From assembly GCA_001600695.1 (NCBI GenBank), contig BCKQ01000019.1, positions 110,209 to 174,208 of the forward strand: a stretch of DNA of 64,000 nt. Reading direction: 5' to 3'. This stretch comes from Ascoidea asiatica JCM 7603. Lineage: Eukaryota > Fungi > Ascomycota. Positions 24,703-36,922 of this stretch are shown piece by piece (within the stretch, counting starts at the first letter, position 1; every line of letters begins with the position of its first letter). The position numbers and the translations under genes were made by a program. Below the pieces are notes generated by a model. It worked only from the letters and a program-made list of their open reading frames with translations, made no database searches and was not told the DNA's origin.

Positions 24703-25844
24703 ATGAGTTTTAAAGGGTTTACTAAAGCTTTAACAAGAGCTCCAACAACAATAAGACAAAAATTCAATAATGGTACTCAAACAAAAGATTTAGTTTATGT
24801 TGATGCAGAAAGAAGATTTACGGAATTAGAAACAGAAACAAAAAAATTAAGTGAAGAATCAAAAAGATATTTTGCAGCTGTTAATGGTATGTTAGATCAT
24901 CAAATTGAATTTTCAAAAGGAATTGAAGAAATTTATAAACCAATTAGTGGTAAAATTAGTGATCCAAATTCAATTATTCAAGAAGGTAATCCAGAAGGTA
25001 TTAAAGCTTCAGAATCTTATAGAGCTGTAGTTGCAGAATTAAAAGAAACTTTAAAACCAGATTTAGAATTAATTGAAAGTAGAATTATTGGACCTGCAAA
25101 TGAATTATTAACAATTATAAATAGAGTTAAAAAAATGGCAACAAAAAGAAATCATAAACAACTTGATTTAGATAGACATTTAAATTCAATGAAAAAATAT
25201 GAAAATAAAAAAGAACAAACTGCAAAAGATATTGAAAAATTAAGTAAAGCTCAAACTAATGTTTCTATAGCTCAAGAAGAATATGATTATTATAATAATT
25301 TATTAAAAACAGAATTACCAACATTATTTCAATTACAAGCACAATTCTTACAACCATTATTTGTTTCATTATATTATATGCAATTAAGTATATTTTATAC
25401 ATTATTTAATAGAATGGAAGAATTAAAAATTCCATATTTTGATTTAAATTCAGATATTCTTGAAGCTTTTAATTTTAAAAAAGGTGATTCTCATGAAAAA
25501 GCAGATTCTATTGGTATAACACATTTTAAATTAGGTCATGCAAAATCTAAATTAGAAGCAACAAAAAAAAGATTTGGACAAACTAAAGCAGAAGAAGCAA
25601 ATGCAAATTCTATTGCAAATTCAAATTCTGCTCAATTACCACCATATTCACCAAATAATCAATTACCTCCATATTCTGCACAGCAGCCCGTTGGTTATCA
25701 ACAACCTACAAATTATGGAATCCCTCAACAACAAACTCAACAACAACCAATGGGTTATGGAATTCCAGTTCAACAAACTGCAAGTCCTGTTTATGGTCAA
25801 CAACCACAACAAGTACCTCAGCAAGCAACAGGATATGGAATTCC

Positions 25845-25875
<31 letters not shown>

Positions 25876-26181
25876 ATTCCATTAACTGCTCAAAGTACTA
25901 TAAGTACAAGCAGTGGAGCAGATATGAGTTATGGAACTAATATGACATCAACATCAGCATCAACTTCAACACCAATTCCAGGACAGTTTATGAAAGTTGA
26001 AACATGTACAGCATTATATGATTATACAGCTCAAGCTCAAGGAGATTTATCTTTCACAGCTGGTTCAATGATTGAAATTATTCAAAGAACTCCAGATGTT
26101 AATGGATGGTGGACAGGTAAATTAGTATCTAATGGTTCAACTGGAGTCTTTCCAGGTAATTATGTTCAATTAAATCCATAA
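24703..26181 (+). CDS. RVS167: Amphiphysin Rvs167 (N-BAR, G/P/Q-rich linker, SH3)
   Basis: [18 protein letters not shown] start; C-terminal SH3 [15 protein letters not shown]...WWTG...GVFPGNYV. Confidence 0.96.
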
Positions 26182-27257
26182 AATATTTTACTTTTTGTAT
26201 ATTTTTTTGTTTTGTATATCCATATAATTTTTATCCTCTTCTTTCTCTATACTTTTTTCTTATATTTTATAATATATATTTTTGAAGCATGAGCAAGGAG
26301 CATAAAGCAAGAATCAAGTGGTAAAATCATCATCACCAGCCACATTACAACATTTTCACACTCGCCACATCTAAACTTCACTTTTTACTAAAGCCACCAC
26401 CCTCGTAACTTTTAACATCCGACCATTGATCATCTGACTTACACGGCTTTCCGGTGGTTCTGGTTCTGGTTCTGGTCCGCCGCTCGCTCTGTTTCCGTTT
26501 CTTCGCTTTCTTCGCTTTCTTCGCTTTTCTCCTCGCTGCTCTGGAATTAGTGCCATTGTTTGTTTTGTATTACTACGCTCAATACTCACTTCCAATACTC
26601 ATACTCACTCTATGCAATATATTCAATGTTCTATTCAATATATATATATTAATGTAATTAATTCAAATATAATTCTGTATATTCATTAGTATTTTGTATT
26701 TAGTATTTAGTATTTAGTATTTTGTATATTATATATCTAGTATATTATATATATATTTATCATATATTTATCATATCTTGATATATCATTTCTTTAATGG
26801 ATAGTCATTACCATAAACACTCTTCTTCTATTTGAATCTTATATATCTAATCCAGCTAATTCAATCAGTCTCTGCTATTCTACAAAATCTAAATATTTAT
26901 ATTTATCTATCAATATTATACCTCAGCCACTGCTATTCATTAATAAATATCATTAATAATATCATTAATAATATCATCAATAATATCATTATCACTCTTC
27001 ATTCTTTTTATCAAATATATTCAGGTCAATTCTATTAAAAAAATATTATAGAAACTTTTAAGACTCTATAAATTATACATTATACTCAAGTTTACTCTCG
27101 CTTTTTAAAATAACAATTTCTTCTCTTGTTCCTTTTTCTTTTTCTTTTTGTTTTTGTTTATTCTTTTTCTTATATCAATTACATATTCAAAAAAAAAATT
27201 TTTAAATTTATAAATATAATTTATCAATAAAATTTTAATTTTTTAATTTTTACATTA

Positions 27258-27887
27258 ATGACTACCAATTCATCAACAAATATTGATTTAAATCTTGAAA
27301 TTTCAAATAAAAATCAAATTAATATTGATAATTATTTAAATAAAGCTGGTTTTCATATAACTTATTCAAATTTAAAAAAATTAGATCAATTTAATAAAGA
27401 TAAAAAAATGACTAAAGATGATTTTAATTCAATCAATTCTTTAAATCAACTTCAATCTCAATCTAAATCTCAATCTATATCACAATCACAATTACAATCA
27501 ATATCTAAATCTCAATCTCAATCAAATTCCAAGTTTATTTCTTTATCAAAATCAAATGATGAATTATCTTCAAATAATAATATAAATAATAATAATAATA
27601 AAAATAAAAATGTAATTTTAACAATCAGAGCTCAAACTACAAGCTCAAATGATAATATAAACAATCATATCAATAATAATAATAATAATCATAATAATAA
27701 TCATAATCATAATCATAATCATACAATAAATCATAATATTCCAAGATCTTTACATACAACTCCAGATTTAACCGCTCATACTTCAATACCTGATAATCTT
27801 ATAAATTCACCAACTTCTTCTACTACTATTTCTACTACTAATCATTCAATTACATCCAATAATAATATTGATAATATCATTGATCCC

Positions 27888-27926
<39 letters not shown>

Positions 27927-29732
27927 CAAAATGAAGATGATAACTCTTTCACTTTCGAATCAAAATTAGATGATAATCAACCTATATCCCAAAATAATTT
28001 CAAAAATAATTCACAGATATTAAGCACCAATACAAATATTATTCAAAATGATATTCAAAATATTAATCAAATTACTGCCATTAATACAAATACAAATACA
28101 AATAACAATAATAATAACAATAACAATAACCAAAATGATACTGCTGCAAGTTTGGAAATTGATAGAATTAGAGCTTCATTTTTATCAAAAAGAGAATTAA
28201 AAAAAAAGACAACAACAACTTTAATTAATAATGTAAATATTGATCCAAATGATCAATCTATTGTTAAAGAAGGTCATAGAAATTATATGATGGCTTATAA
28301 TATGTTAACTGGTATTAGAGTTGCTGTTTCAACTTGTAATGGTTTAATGTTACCTTTAAAAGATGAAGATTTTTATAATTCAAGAAAATTAACTTTTGAT
28401 ATAATTGGTAATGAATTAACTCCTTCATCAAAATATGATTTTAAATTTAAAGATTATTCCCCTCAAGTTTTTAGAGAATTAAGATCAATTTTTGGTTTAG
28501 ATCAAGCTGATTATTTAATGAGTTTAACTGCAAAATATATTTTAAGTGAATTAGCTTCTCCAGGTAAATCAAGATCTTTTTTTTATTATTCAAGAGATTA
28601 TAGATTTATTATTAAAACTATTCATCATTCTGAACATAGACAATTAAGAAAAATTATTAAAGATTATTATTTACATGTTAAAAAATATCCAAATACTTTA
28701 ATTTCTCAATTTTATGGTTTACATCGTTTAAAAATGCCATTTAATGGTATTAATGGTGTTAGAAAAGTTCATTTTGTTGTAATGAATAATTTATTTCCAC
28801 CACATAAAGATATTCATAAAACTTATGATTTAAAAGGTTCAACATTTCAAAGATTTACTGATGAAGAAAAATCAAAAAAAAGGGGTAAAAAAACAATTGT
28901 TTTAAAAGATAAAAATTGGTTAAATGATAATTCAAGAATTAAATTAGGTCCTGATAAAAGAAATTTTTTTTTAAATCAATTAAATGCTGATGTTGAATTA
29001 TTAAAAAGATTAAATATTATGGATTATTCTTTATTATTAGGTATTCATGATGTTAATATTGGTAATAGAGATGATTTAACTGGTCAAAAATTAAGTGTTT
29101 TTGCTCCACCTGATAATGCAACTAAATTTACAATTAAAAGAACAAATCCAACTCAAATTAATAGATTTGAAGATTTACCTGTAACTGAATTTCCTGATAG
29201 AGCTAAATTCTTTTTTTATGGTGATGATGGTGGTATTAGAGGTACAAATGAAAATAATGATAATAATGATGAAATTTATTATCTTGGTATCATTGATTGT
29301 TTAACAAATTACGGTCTGATAAAACATATGGAAACATTTTGGAAATCTTTAAGTCAAAATAGAAAAACTATAAGTGCAGTACCTGCTAATGAATATGGTG
29401 ATAGATTTTATAAATTTATAATTGATGCTGTTCAACCAAAAACTGAATCTGTTAAAAATAGAATTAGAAGTTTAAGTAGGTGTAGTAATACTGATCTTCG
29501 TAATAATTCAAATGAAAATTTAAATGATAACTCAAATTTAAATGAAAAACAAAGTTATAATAATAATAATAATGAAGATAATAATAATAATAAAAGTAAT
29601 AGTAAGAATAAAATTAATGAAAATTCTCAGAACTTATTAGTAAACAAAGGTAAAGAAAAGGAAAATGAAATAATACTGGATGATACTAATGAAAAATCAA
29701 ATTATTCAGATTTTAAGCCATATAAAGACTAA
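27258..29732 (+). CDS. MSS4: Phosphatidylinositol-4-phosphate 5-kinase
   Basis: YNMLTGIRVAVS, FKFKDYSP, IIKT, YDLKGS, MDYSLLLG, YYLGIID motifs. Confidence 0.95.
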
Positions 29733-30610
29733 ATTTAAACTAAAATAAAAAAATATTACATTCTCAATTTTGTAAAGGATTTATAACTTAAATACTATTC
29801 TTTTTCAAAAATTTCCTTATTTCAATCAACATCACATATTTATTAAATTTTTAAATGGTTTAATTATTTCAATAATAAAACAGATAGCTTTTTGCTTTTT
29901 AATGGTTTTATATTTAAGAAAATATATTGTTCAAACTTCCTGCAATAGTTTTAATTATCTAATATACAATATAAAGCTTAGGATTTTAAATTTAAATTAT
30001 ATTATTTATGCTATTTATACTATTTATACTATTTATACTATTTATACTATTAGTTTTTTATTCATTTCTAAATGACAGAATAAGATCTGTCATTATTATT
30101 TTTGGTTCTATAATTTACCTTTAGTAATAATTTTTTTTTTTTTTTCTGTTTTTTTATTTTGCTTTTTAATTTTATTTACAGAACATTTAATATATCATTT
30201 AGTTAATTTGGATAATAATCAATTTTCATTTATTTTAATTTTCTAGTTTAATTTCCAGTTTCTTGTTTTTTTAATTCTCTTTCATAGATATAGTATATAG
30301 TTTTATTGGTATATAAACTATTTAATTATAAATTAAAATTTTATAAAAACAAAACAAAAGTATTTAATTAAAATAATATATAAAAAGTAAATAAGTAAAT
30401 AAATAAGTATATAAGTATATAAATAGACAAATTATAAAGATAAAGAATGATATAAAGGAGAGAAAAAAGTTTATTTATAAAAATAGAATAATAATTGATA
30501 AAGATTATTAATATATTGATTGAGTTATGAAATTATTGAAAGAGATTATTTTAAATTATTTTAGTAATTGATTGATTGTATTAAGATATATATATATAAT
30601 TAAAAAAAAA

Positions 30611-31228
30611 TTAACAACAATTAGATTTTGAATTTGGTTGATCAATTGATAGACCATTATTTGAATTTTGATTTAATTGATCATTATTAACTTTTTCTTG
30701 AATTAAACCAGCTAATTGAAAAAAAATTTCATCAACATTTTGATTACTTTTTGCACTTGCTTCTATAAAAGGTATACCTAATTCTTTTGCTAAATTTTCA
30801 CCTTGTTCTTTTGAAATTACTCTTGAATCAGTTTCATCAGATTTATTACCAACTAACATTAATTGAGCATCATCATTAGCATGTTGATTAACAGTATTAA
30901 ACCAATTTCTAACATTTTCAAAAGTTCTTTCATCAGTTACATCATAAACTAAAATAATACCCATTGCACCTCTATAATAAGCAGTTGTTATAGTTCTAAA
31001 TCTTTCTTGACCTGCAGTATCCCAAACTTGTAATTTAATTCTTTTACCATTTATTTCTATAGTTCTAATTTTAAAATCAATACCAATTGTTGTAATAAAT
31101 GAAGGATTAAATTTATCTTCAACAAATCTTAATAAAAGACATGATTTTCCAACACCAGAATCACCAACTAATAATAATTTCATAATCATATCATATGATC
31201 TTGAAGGAGTATTTCTTGGAGCAGCCAT
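30611..31228 (-). CDS. SEC4: Rab GTPase Sec4
   Basis: GDSGVGKS, effector [40 protein letters not shown]-terminal CC. Confidence 0.96.
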   Translation of the reverse strand: MAAPRNTPSRSYDMIMKLLLVGDSGVGKSCLLLRFVEDKFNPSFITTIGIDFKIRTIEINGKRIKLQVWDTAGQERFRTITTAYYRGAMGIILVYDVTDERTFENVRNWFNTVNQHANDDAQLMLVGNKSDETDSRVISKEQGENLAKELGIPFIEASAKSNQNVDEIFFQLAGLIQEKVNNDQLNQNSNNGLSIDQPNSKSNCC

Positions 31229-31569
31229 TATGATATATTATATTATATTATATATATATATATATATTATATTTGATAGATTATAATTATTTTAAGGATT
31301 AATTCTATGAAAGGGCTTATATTGAATATAGTAAACTAATTTATGAATTGATATTGAAGTAATATGTGATTCTTGTAGATATGATTGTTATTGATATATA
31401 TGTGAATATAATTCTTCTGGTTATCCAAACTTGATTCTAATTTAATTCTGATTTAATTCTGATTTAATTCTGATTCTGATTCTGATTCTGATTCTAGTTC
31501 TTCAATTGAATATCTTATCAAAAAATAGATGAATTTCTCTGTTGATAATTGAATGAATCTGAAACTGAA

Positions 31570-32110
31570 AGGGAAATCAACGAAGGGAAACGAAGCGAAG
31601 TGGAAGAAGTTGAAAGTGCCGCTGTTAAAAGGTGAAAGTGCGAGCAGTGCCAAAAGTGCCACTGCTGCTGTTTTCAACGCCGGCAACGCGAGCCACGCGA
31701 AATGAAAAAAAAACAGAAAACAGAACGGTCACGTGGCGGTGGTGCCAAAGTGGGACAGGGACGGCAATCAGGGACACGGAGTGTCATAAATGGGTCAGTG
31801 GGACAACAGTTGCAACAATCCAGGACCAGTAGGACAGCGGGACACGAAGGTGGTTTTTCCAGTGCAGCTAGGACACGGGACAGTGGGACACCTAGGTCAA
31901 CCGGTGTCAAAACACCGGACAGACCGTCCTGTTCTTGGTATATTTCCTCCATTGCTCCTTAAGCGCATATTTCCGCATGCTTCCGCCGCGGCGCCCCTTT
32001 CGCGTGCGTCTCCTATCTGGACCGGCGCCGTTTCTGCGGGTCTTCTTCTGCCTCTACGCAAAGTGCACGCTCTTCCAAACTTATCTCAAACTCAAATCCC
32101 CAGAATTCCC
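31570..32110. promoter_or_regulatory. GC-rich divergent promoter island between SEC4 and the LRR gene
   Basis: High G+C, GTCACGTG (31728-31735), CACGCGAAA, GGACA cluster, CCGCCGCGGCGCC. Confidence 0.6.
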
Positions 32111-32638
32111 CAGAATTATCAAGAATTATCAAGAATAATCAAAAATAATCAAGAAACATTAAAAGATATAAAACAAATTCTATAAAAGAAGTTTAAGATC
32201 TTCAATATATTCATCATGCTTTTATCTCACTCATGATCTTAAATGATTTATTAAATATTAAAATATTGATAAGATATACAATAAAAGAGAAATATTTTAA
32301 ATATAAAAGCATATTCATCAATTTAAAATAATATCAATTATTTTATTATCTTTATTCATCTTTATTCATCTTTATTCACCTTTATTGTCCAATAGTGGGT
32401 ATCTCTTTTAATACATTTAAATAATATTACTTTATTAAATCCCCCACAATTTTAAAAAAATTAAAAAATGATTATTAAATAATTAGGGGGAAAATATTAA
32501 TAATATGTAAAATAATATAAATACTTCTCTATTTCATACTCTTTTTTTTTTCAATCAAATCTTTAATTTTAATATCTTCACTTTTATTCTTATCATCTTT
32601 TTCTTATCTCTTTCATATCACTTTATTTATATATAAAA

Positions 32639-32946
32639 ATGTCAACAAATTCAAATTTATTAATTAAAAAATTTAATCTTTTACCAATTCATATTATTAA
32701 ACAAATATTTAATTATATTCCATTATATCAATTAAATCAATTATCAAATTCTTCAAATTTTATTATAAAATATATCTCAATTTTAAAATTATATAAATAT
32801 TTATCAATATTTAATATTAAAAATAATTTATCTTTAATAACAACTGAAAATATAAATAAAAAATCATTTGGTACTTTAAATATAAATTTAAAAAATTTTA
32901 ATTTAATCTCCTTATCTAAATCTTTAAATTTAAATCTTGATTTCTC

Positions 32947-33000
<54 letters not shown>

Positions 33001-33985
33001 ATCAATTGATTTAATAAATTTAATTGAAAATTTTAAAAATTCTGATTTTAAAAATTTAATCTCAATTAAATTCATTAATAAATCAAATAATTGGAAAATT
33101 TTTGAAAATTTTTTAAATAATTCAAATAATTTTAAAAATCTTATTAATTTAAATATTTCTGAAAATTTTTTAAAATTAAATAATTATAATAATTTAAATT
33201 TTAATAATCTTAAAAATTTTATTAATTTAAAATTCTTAAATTTATCAAAAAATAAATTTAATTTATTTGATTTAAATTTTTTAAAAAATTTAATAAATTT
33301 AAAATATTTAAATCTTTCTAAAAATTATTTTTTCTTATATAATAATAATAATTTTCAATATTTCTCAGATTTTGATTTTTTAAATAATTTAAAAAATTTA
33401 AATTATTTAAACCTTTCAGATAATTATTTAAATAAAATTCCAATGAATTTAAAATTTTTAAAAAATTTAAAAACTTTAAATTTATCTCATAATAAAATCT
33501 CAATTTTAGAAAATTTAAATAATTTAGAAAATTTAGAAAATTTAAATTTATCTTCAAATTCTTTTAAAGAAATTTCAAATAATTTAAATAATTTAAATAA
33601 TTTAAAAAATTTAAAAAATTTAAAAATTTTAAATTTTTCAAGAAATAAATTAAAAAATAATATTAAAAATTTATTTAATTTAATTAACTTAAAAAAATTA
33701 AATCTTTCATATAATTCAATTTCAATTATAAATTATAAACATTCTTTTAAAAATTTAATTTATCTTAATTTATCTTTTAATCCAATTAAAATCCTTGATA
33801 TTAATAAAATTTATTTAAAACATATTAATTTAGTTAATTTAATTAATGTTAAATTAAATGATAATCAAATTAATCAAATTTTAAAAATTAATTCAAATAT
33901 TAAAATTATTAAAAATGAAACATATTTCAAAAATCGTTCAAGAAGATCTTCAAATGTTGAAAAAAAATCTTTAATTTGTCATTGA
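32639..33985 (+). CDS. Leucine-rich-repeat protein with N-terminal F-box-like motif
   Basis: About 10 LxxLxLSxNxI/L repeats (e.g. LKNLKTLNLSHNKISILENL); N-terminal LLPIHIIKQIFNYI resembles the F-box LP.EI...IF.YL. Confidence 0.8.
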
Positions 33986-34289
33986 TTTAACTACCTACTC
34001 CTTAAATGGGGTTTCAGATGATATTTTGATGAAGATAATGATTAATCAAAAAGTTAAAGAGGAATTTATGCTCATATATTTGCATATAGTAAATTTGCTG
34101 TGATTTGTGATTAAGAATCTTATATTAATTCATACAAGATTTAGTGAGAAATGAATTAGAATATAATGGATGAAGATTTAATTGAGAATTGAAATGTGGA
34201 TTGAAGTATTAAATTCAATGACATAAACTTATATATAGTAATTTTTAATAAATGAAATGAAATGAAATGAAATAATAGATAAATTTATA

Positions 34290-35348
34290 TTAATTTTGAT
34301 TTCTTAAAATTTGATTAACTTTATTTTTTATTGAAGGATCAAAAGGATGTCTTAATAAAAGAGTATAAATATTTTCAGGTAATTTAGCTATGAAACTTAT
34401 TGATAATTTTATAATTTCTTTACTTTTTAAATTTGGAAATTTTCTTAATAATTGCATTGGAGAATTTGAATTCATAATTTGATTTCTAATTAAAATTAAT
34501 TGAGAAATTATAAATAAAATATTCATATGAATACCATAAGCAAATAAAAAATCCCATAATATTAAAACTTCAGATAATGGTGGTGTACAAGCACATAAAG
34601 TTAATACAGATGGAAATGCATAAATTTCTGGTTTTAATAATTTTAAAGATAAATATGAATGTAATTTTGGATCAATAATTTTTAAAATTATATCAACTAA
34701 TATTGAACCTGTATGAACACCATCAATTGTTGAAGTTATATATAATGGAGAAAAATTTGTAAGTAATGAATAAAAAAGACTAAAAGCTTCAGGTTCAGAT
34801 TTTGAGATATATAAGAATGGAGCAGCAATTATATTCATACCTTGAACATAAGGAGATAAAATTATTTTATTTTTTTTTATATATGATAAAGATTGTGATT
34901 GAAATTGAGATTGTAATAAATTATTAAAATTTAAAGAAGGATTTTCAATACAATGAGCAAAAACTGAAAGTAATCTTATTAAACTTGATTCAGAAACTTT
35001 ATTTAAAAAATCTTTATCTTTTGTTAAAGTTCTAAAAGAATCATTTTTAATTTTTGAATAAGATAATGGAAATTTTTTTGAATTAATTATATTTAAATAA
35101 TCTTTAGTATTAATTTTTGAAATTCTTAATAATATTGACCAAACATAAACTCTATATGGACATTGATCATAACCTTGAGGAATTTGAAGTCCATCAACAA
35201 GAATCATATATCTTAATTGAGATAAACCAGTTTTTATCATAATTTGATTTGAGCTTAGAAATTGTTCAATTGAATCTTTTCTTCTACTTCTTTTATTTGA
35301 AGAAATTGGTCTCAGAAAACTTTGAGGAGTTTGTAAAGAATCAGACAT
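34290..35348 (-). CDS. BUB2: Mitotic-exit checkpoint GAP Bub2 (TBC domain)
   Basis: LRYMILVDGL, IKNDSFRTL, YVQGMN, EIYAFPSVLTLCACTPPL, LWDFLFAYG. Confidence 0.93.
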   Translation of the reverse strand: MSDSLQTPQSFLRPISSNKRSRRKDSIEQFLSSNQIMIKTGLSQLRYMILVDGLQIPQGYDQCPYRVYVWSILLRISKINTKDYLNIINSKKFPLSYSKIKNDSFRTLTKDKDFLNKVSESSLIRLLSVFAHCIENPSLNFNNLLQSQFQSQSLSYIKKNKIILSPYVQGMNIIAAPFLYISKSEPEAFSLFYSLLTNFSPLYITSTIDGVHTGSILVDIILKIIDPKLHSYLSLKLLKPEIYAFPSVLTLCACTPPLSEVLILWDFLFAYGIHMNILFIISQLILIRNQIMNSNSPMQLLRKFPNLKSKEIIKLSISFIAKLPENIYTLLLRHPFDPSIKNKVNQILRNQN

Positions 35349-35909
35349 TTGAGTAATAATATTAATAATAATAAGAATAGTAATTGATGGATATAAGAAT
35401 GTGATATATGAAAATAGATAATCTATTTTATTTCATCAATTGAATTTGTATATGATTTCATTTATAATTTTCTGAATAACTCTTGAATGAACTTCTTTTA
35501 TCAATTCAAATCAATTGATTCTCATTTTCATTTTATTTTTGATTTTGATTTTGATTTTGATTTTGTTGTCATTTTCAATTCTTTTCTTTTCTTCAGCGCT
35601 TAAATTCAAATTTGGACCAGAAATGGAAATATAAACAACGGATAGAGCACCGGAAATGTTTCAAGGATGGTATGCGGATATGCGGATACTTTGGCAAGGA
35701 AAAATATAAAATATCCCGGAAGTGTGCGGAAATTAAATCCAGGGACGGATTGGAAAAAGACGAAAAATAAAAATAAAAATAAAAATAAAAACAAAAACAA
35801 AACACAGCAAAAGTGAAAAGAAGAAGAGGAAAAGAAGCAGAAGAAGAGAAGAAGAGAAGTAGTGAAATAAGTAAGATAATTAAACAATACTAAGATAATA
35901 ATAACTGTA

Positions 35910-35942
<33 letters not shown>

Positions 35943-35961
35943 TGGAATATTTGGAATAAAA

Positions 35962-36312
35962 ATGAAATTAACTAGATTTCTTATGAAACTTTCCATGGAA
36001 ACAGTTCAAGTTGAACTTAAAAATGGTACAATTGTATCTGGAACAATATTAAATGTATCACCATCAATGAATATATCTTTAAAAAATGTTAAAATGACAA
36101 TAAAGGATAGAGATCCTCAACTTTTAGAATTTATGAATATAAGAGGTAATAATATTAGATTACTTATATTACCAGATTCTTTAAATTTAGATACACTTTT
36201 AATTGATGAAATACCTAAGAAACATAAATCTAAAAGTCAGAATCAGAATCAGAATCAGAATAAATCTGGTGGAGTTTCTAAACCTGTAAGAAGACCTGGA
36301 GCCAGACGATGA
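35962..36312 (+). CDS. SMD1: snRNP core protein Sm D1
   Basis: MKL.RFLMKL..ETV.VELKNGT...[19 protein letters not shown]. Confidence 0.96.
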   Translation: MKLTRFLMKLSMETVQVELKNGTIVSGTILNVSPSMNISLKNVKMTIKDRDPQLLEFMNIRGNNIRLLILPDSLNLDTLLIDEIPKKHKSKSQNQNQNQNKSGGVSKPVRRPGARR

Positions 36313-36516
36313 AGCTTTCACCAGAGTAAAATGAAGTGAATCAGTTTCAATTAAATATCTATATAGAACACTAGCTATAATATAACAATCAAGTAACAAT
36401 CAAGGAACAATCAAGGAACTACACTATAAAGCATCGAGACAGATAAGTAAATAACTAAATAACTAAATAACTAAATAAAAATAATAAAAAAGTTGAACAA
36501 AAGAGCAAAAAAGAAG

Positions 36517-36635
36517 TGGTCCAGGAGGGGTTCGAACCCACGACCGTCGCGTTCCTCACACGACCGTGACATTAACACAAACGTTTGTCATGAACGGTTA
36601 TAAGCACGAAGCGCTTACCTCTGCGCCACAAGACC
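36517..36635 (-). tRNA. tRNA-Ile(UAU) with 46-nt intron (36553-36598)
   Basis: GGTCTTG TG GCGC AGAGGTAA GCGC T TCGTG CT TAT A [intron] A CGCGA CGGTC GTGGG TTCGAAC CCCTC CTGGACC A; anticodon at 36602-36600; intron after position 37; T6 terminator at 36512-36507. Confidence 0.93.
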
Positions 36636-36922
36636 AATTCTTGTAAAAACAACATTAAAAACTGGTTTTATTCAGTATACGACTAATTTAAAATTTTTTA
36701 TATATGAAGTTAGTTATACTGTCAGATATTGTTTATTAAATTATGAAAGTCATTGAAATATTATTATATAAAGTATTTGTTTTGGATTGATTGAGAGATT
36801 TTGATAAATAAATATTATAAGAAAATACTAATGGAAAAAGAAAAGTATTATTAATCAATTTCAATTATAGGAATCTAACATCTTTTTTTGTTTGTTTGTT
36901 TGTTTGTTTGTTTGTTTGTTTG

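Noticed and set aside
31843-31865. CACGAAGGTGGTTTTTCCAGTGC closely resembles a stretch of metazoan U1 snRNA as I recall it
   Set aside because: No ATACTTACC 5' end upstream, no stem-loop I pairing partner in the right place, no AUUGCAC loop or Sm site downstream; treated as coincidence
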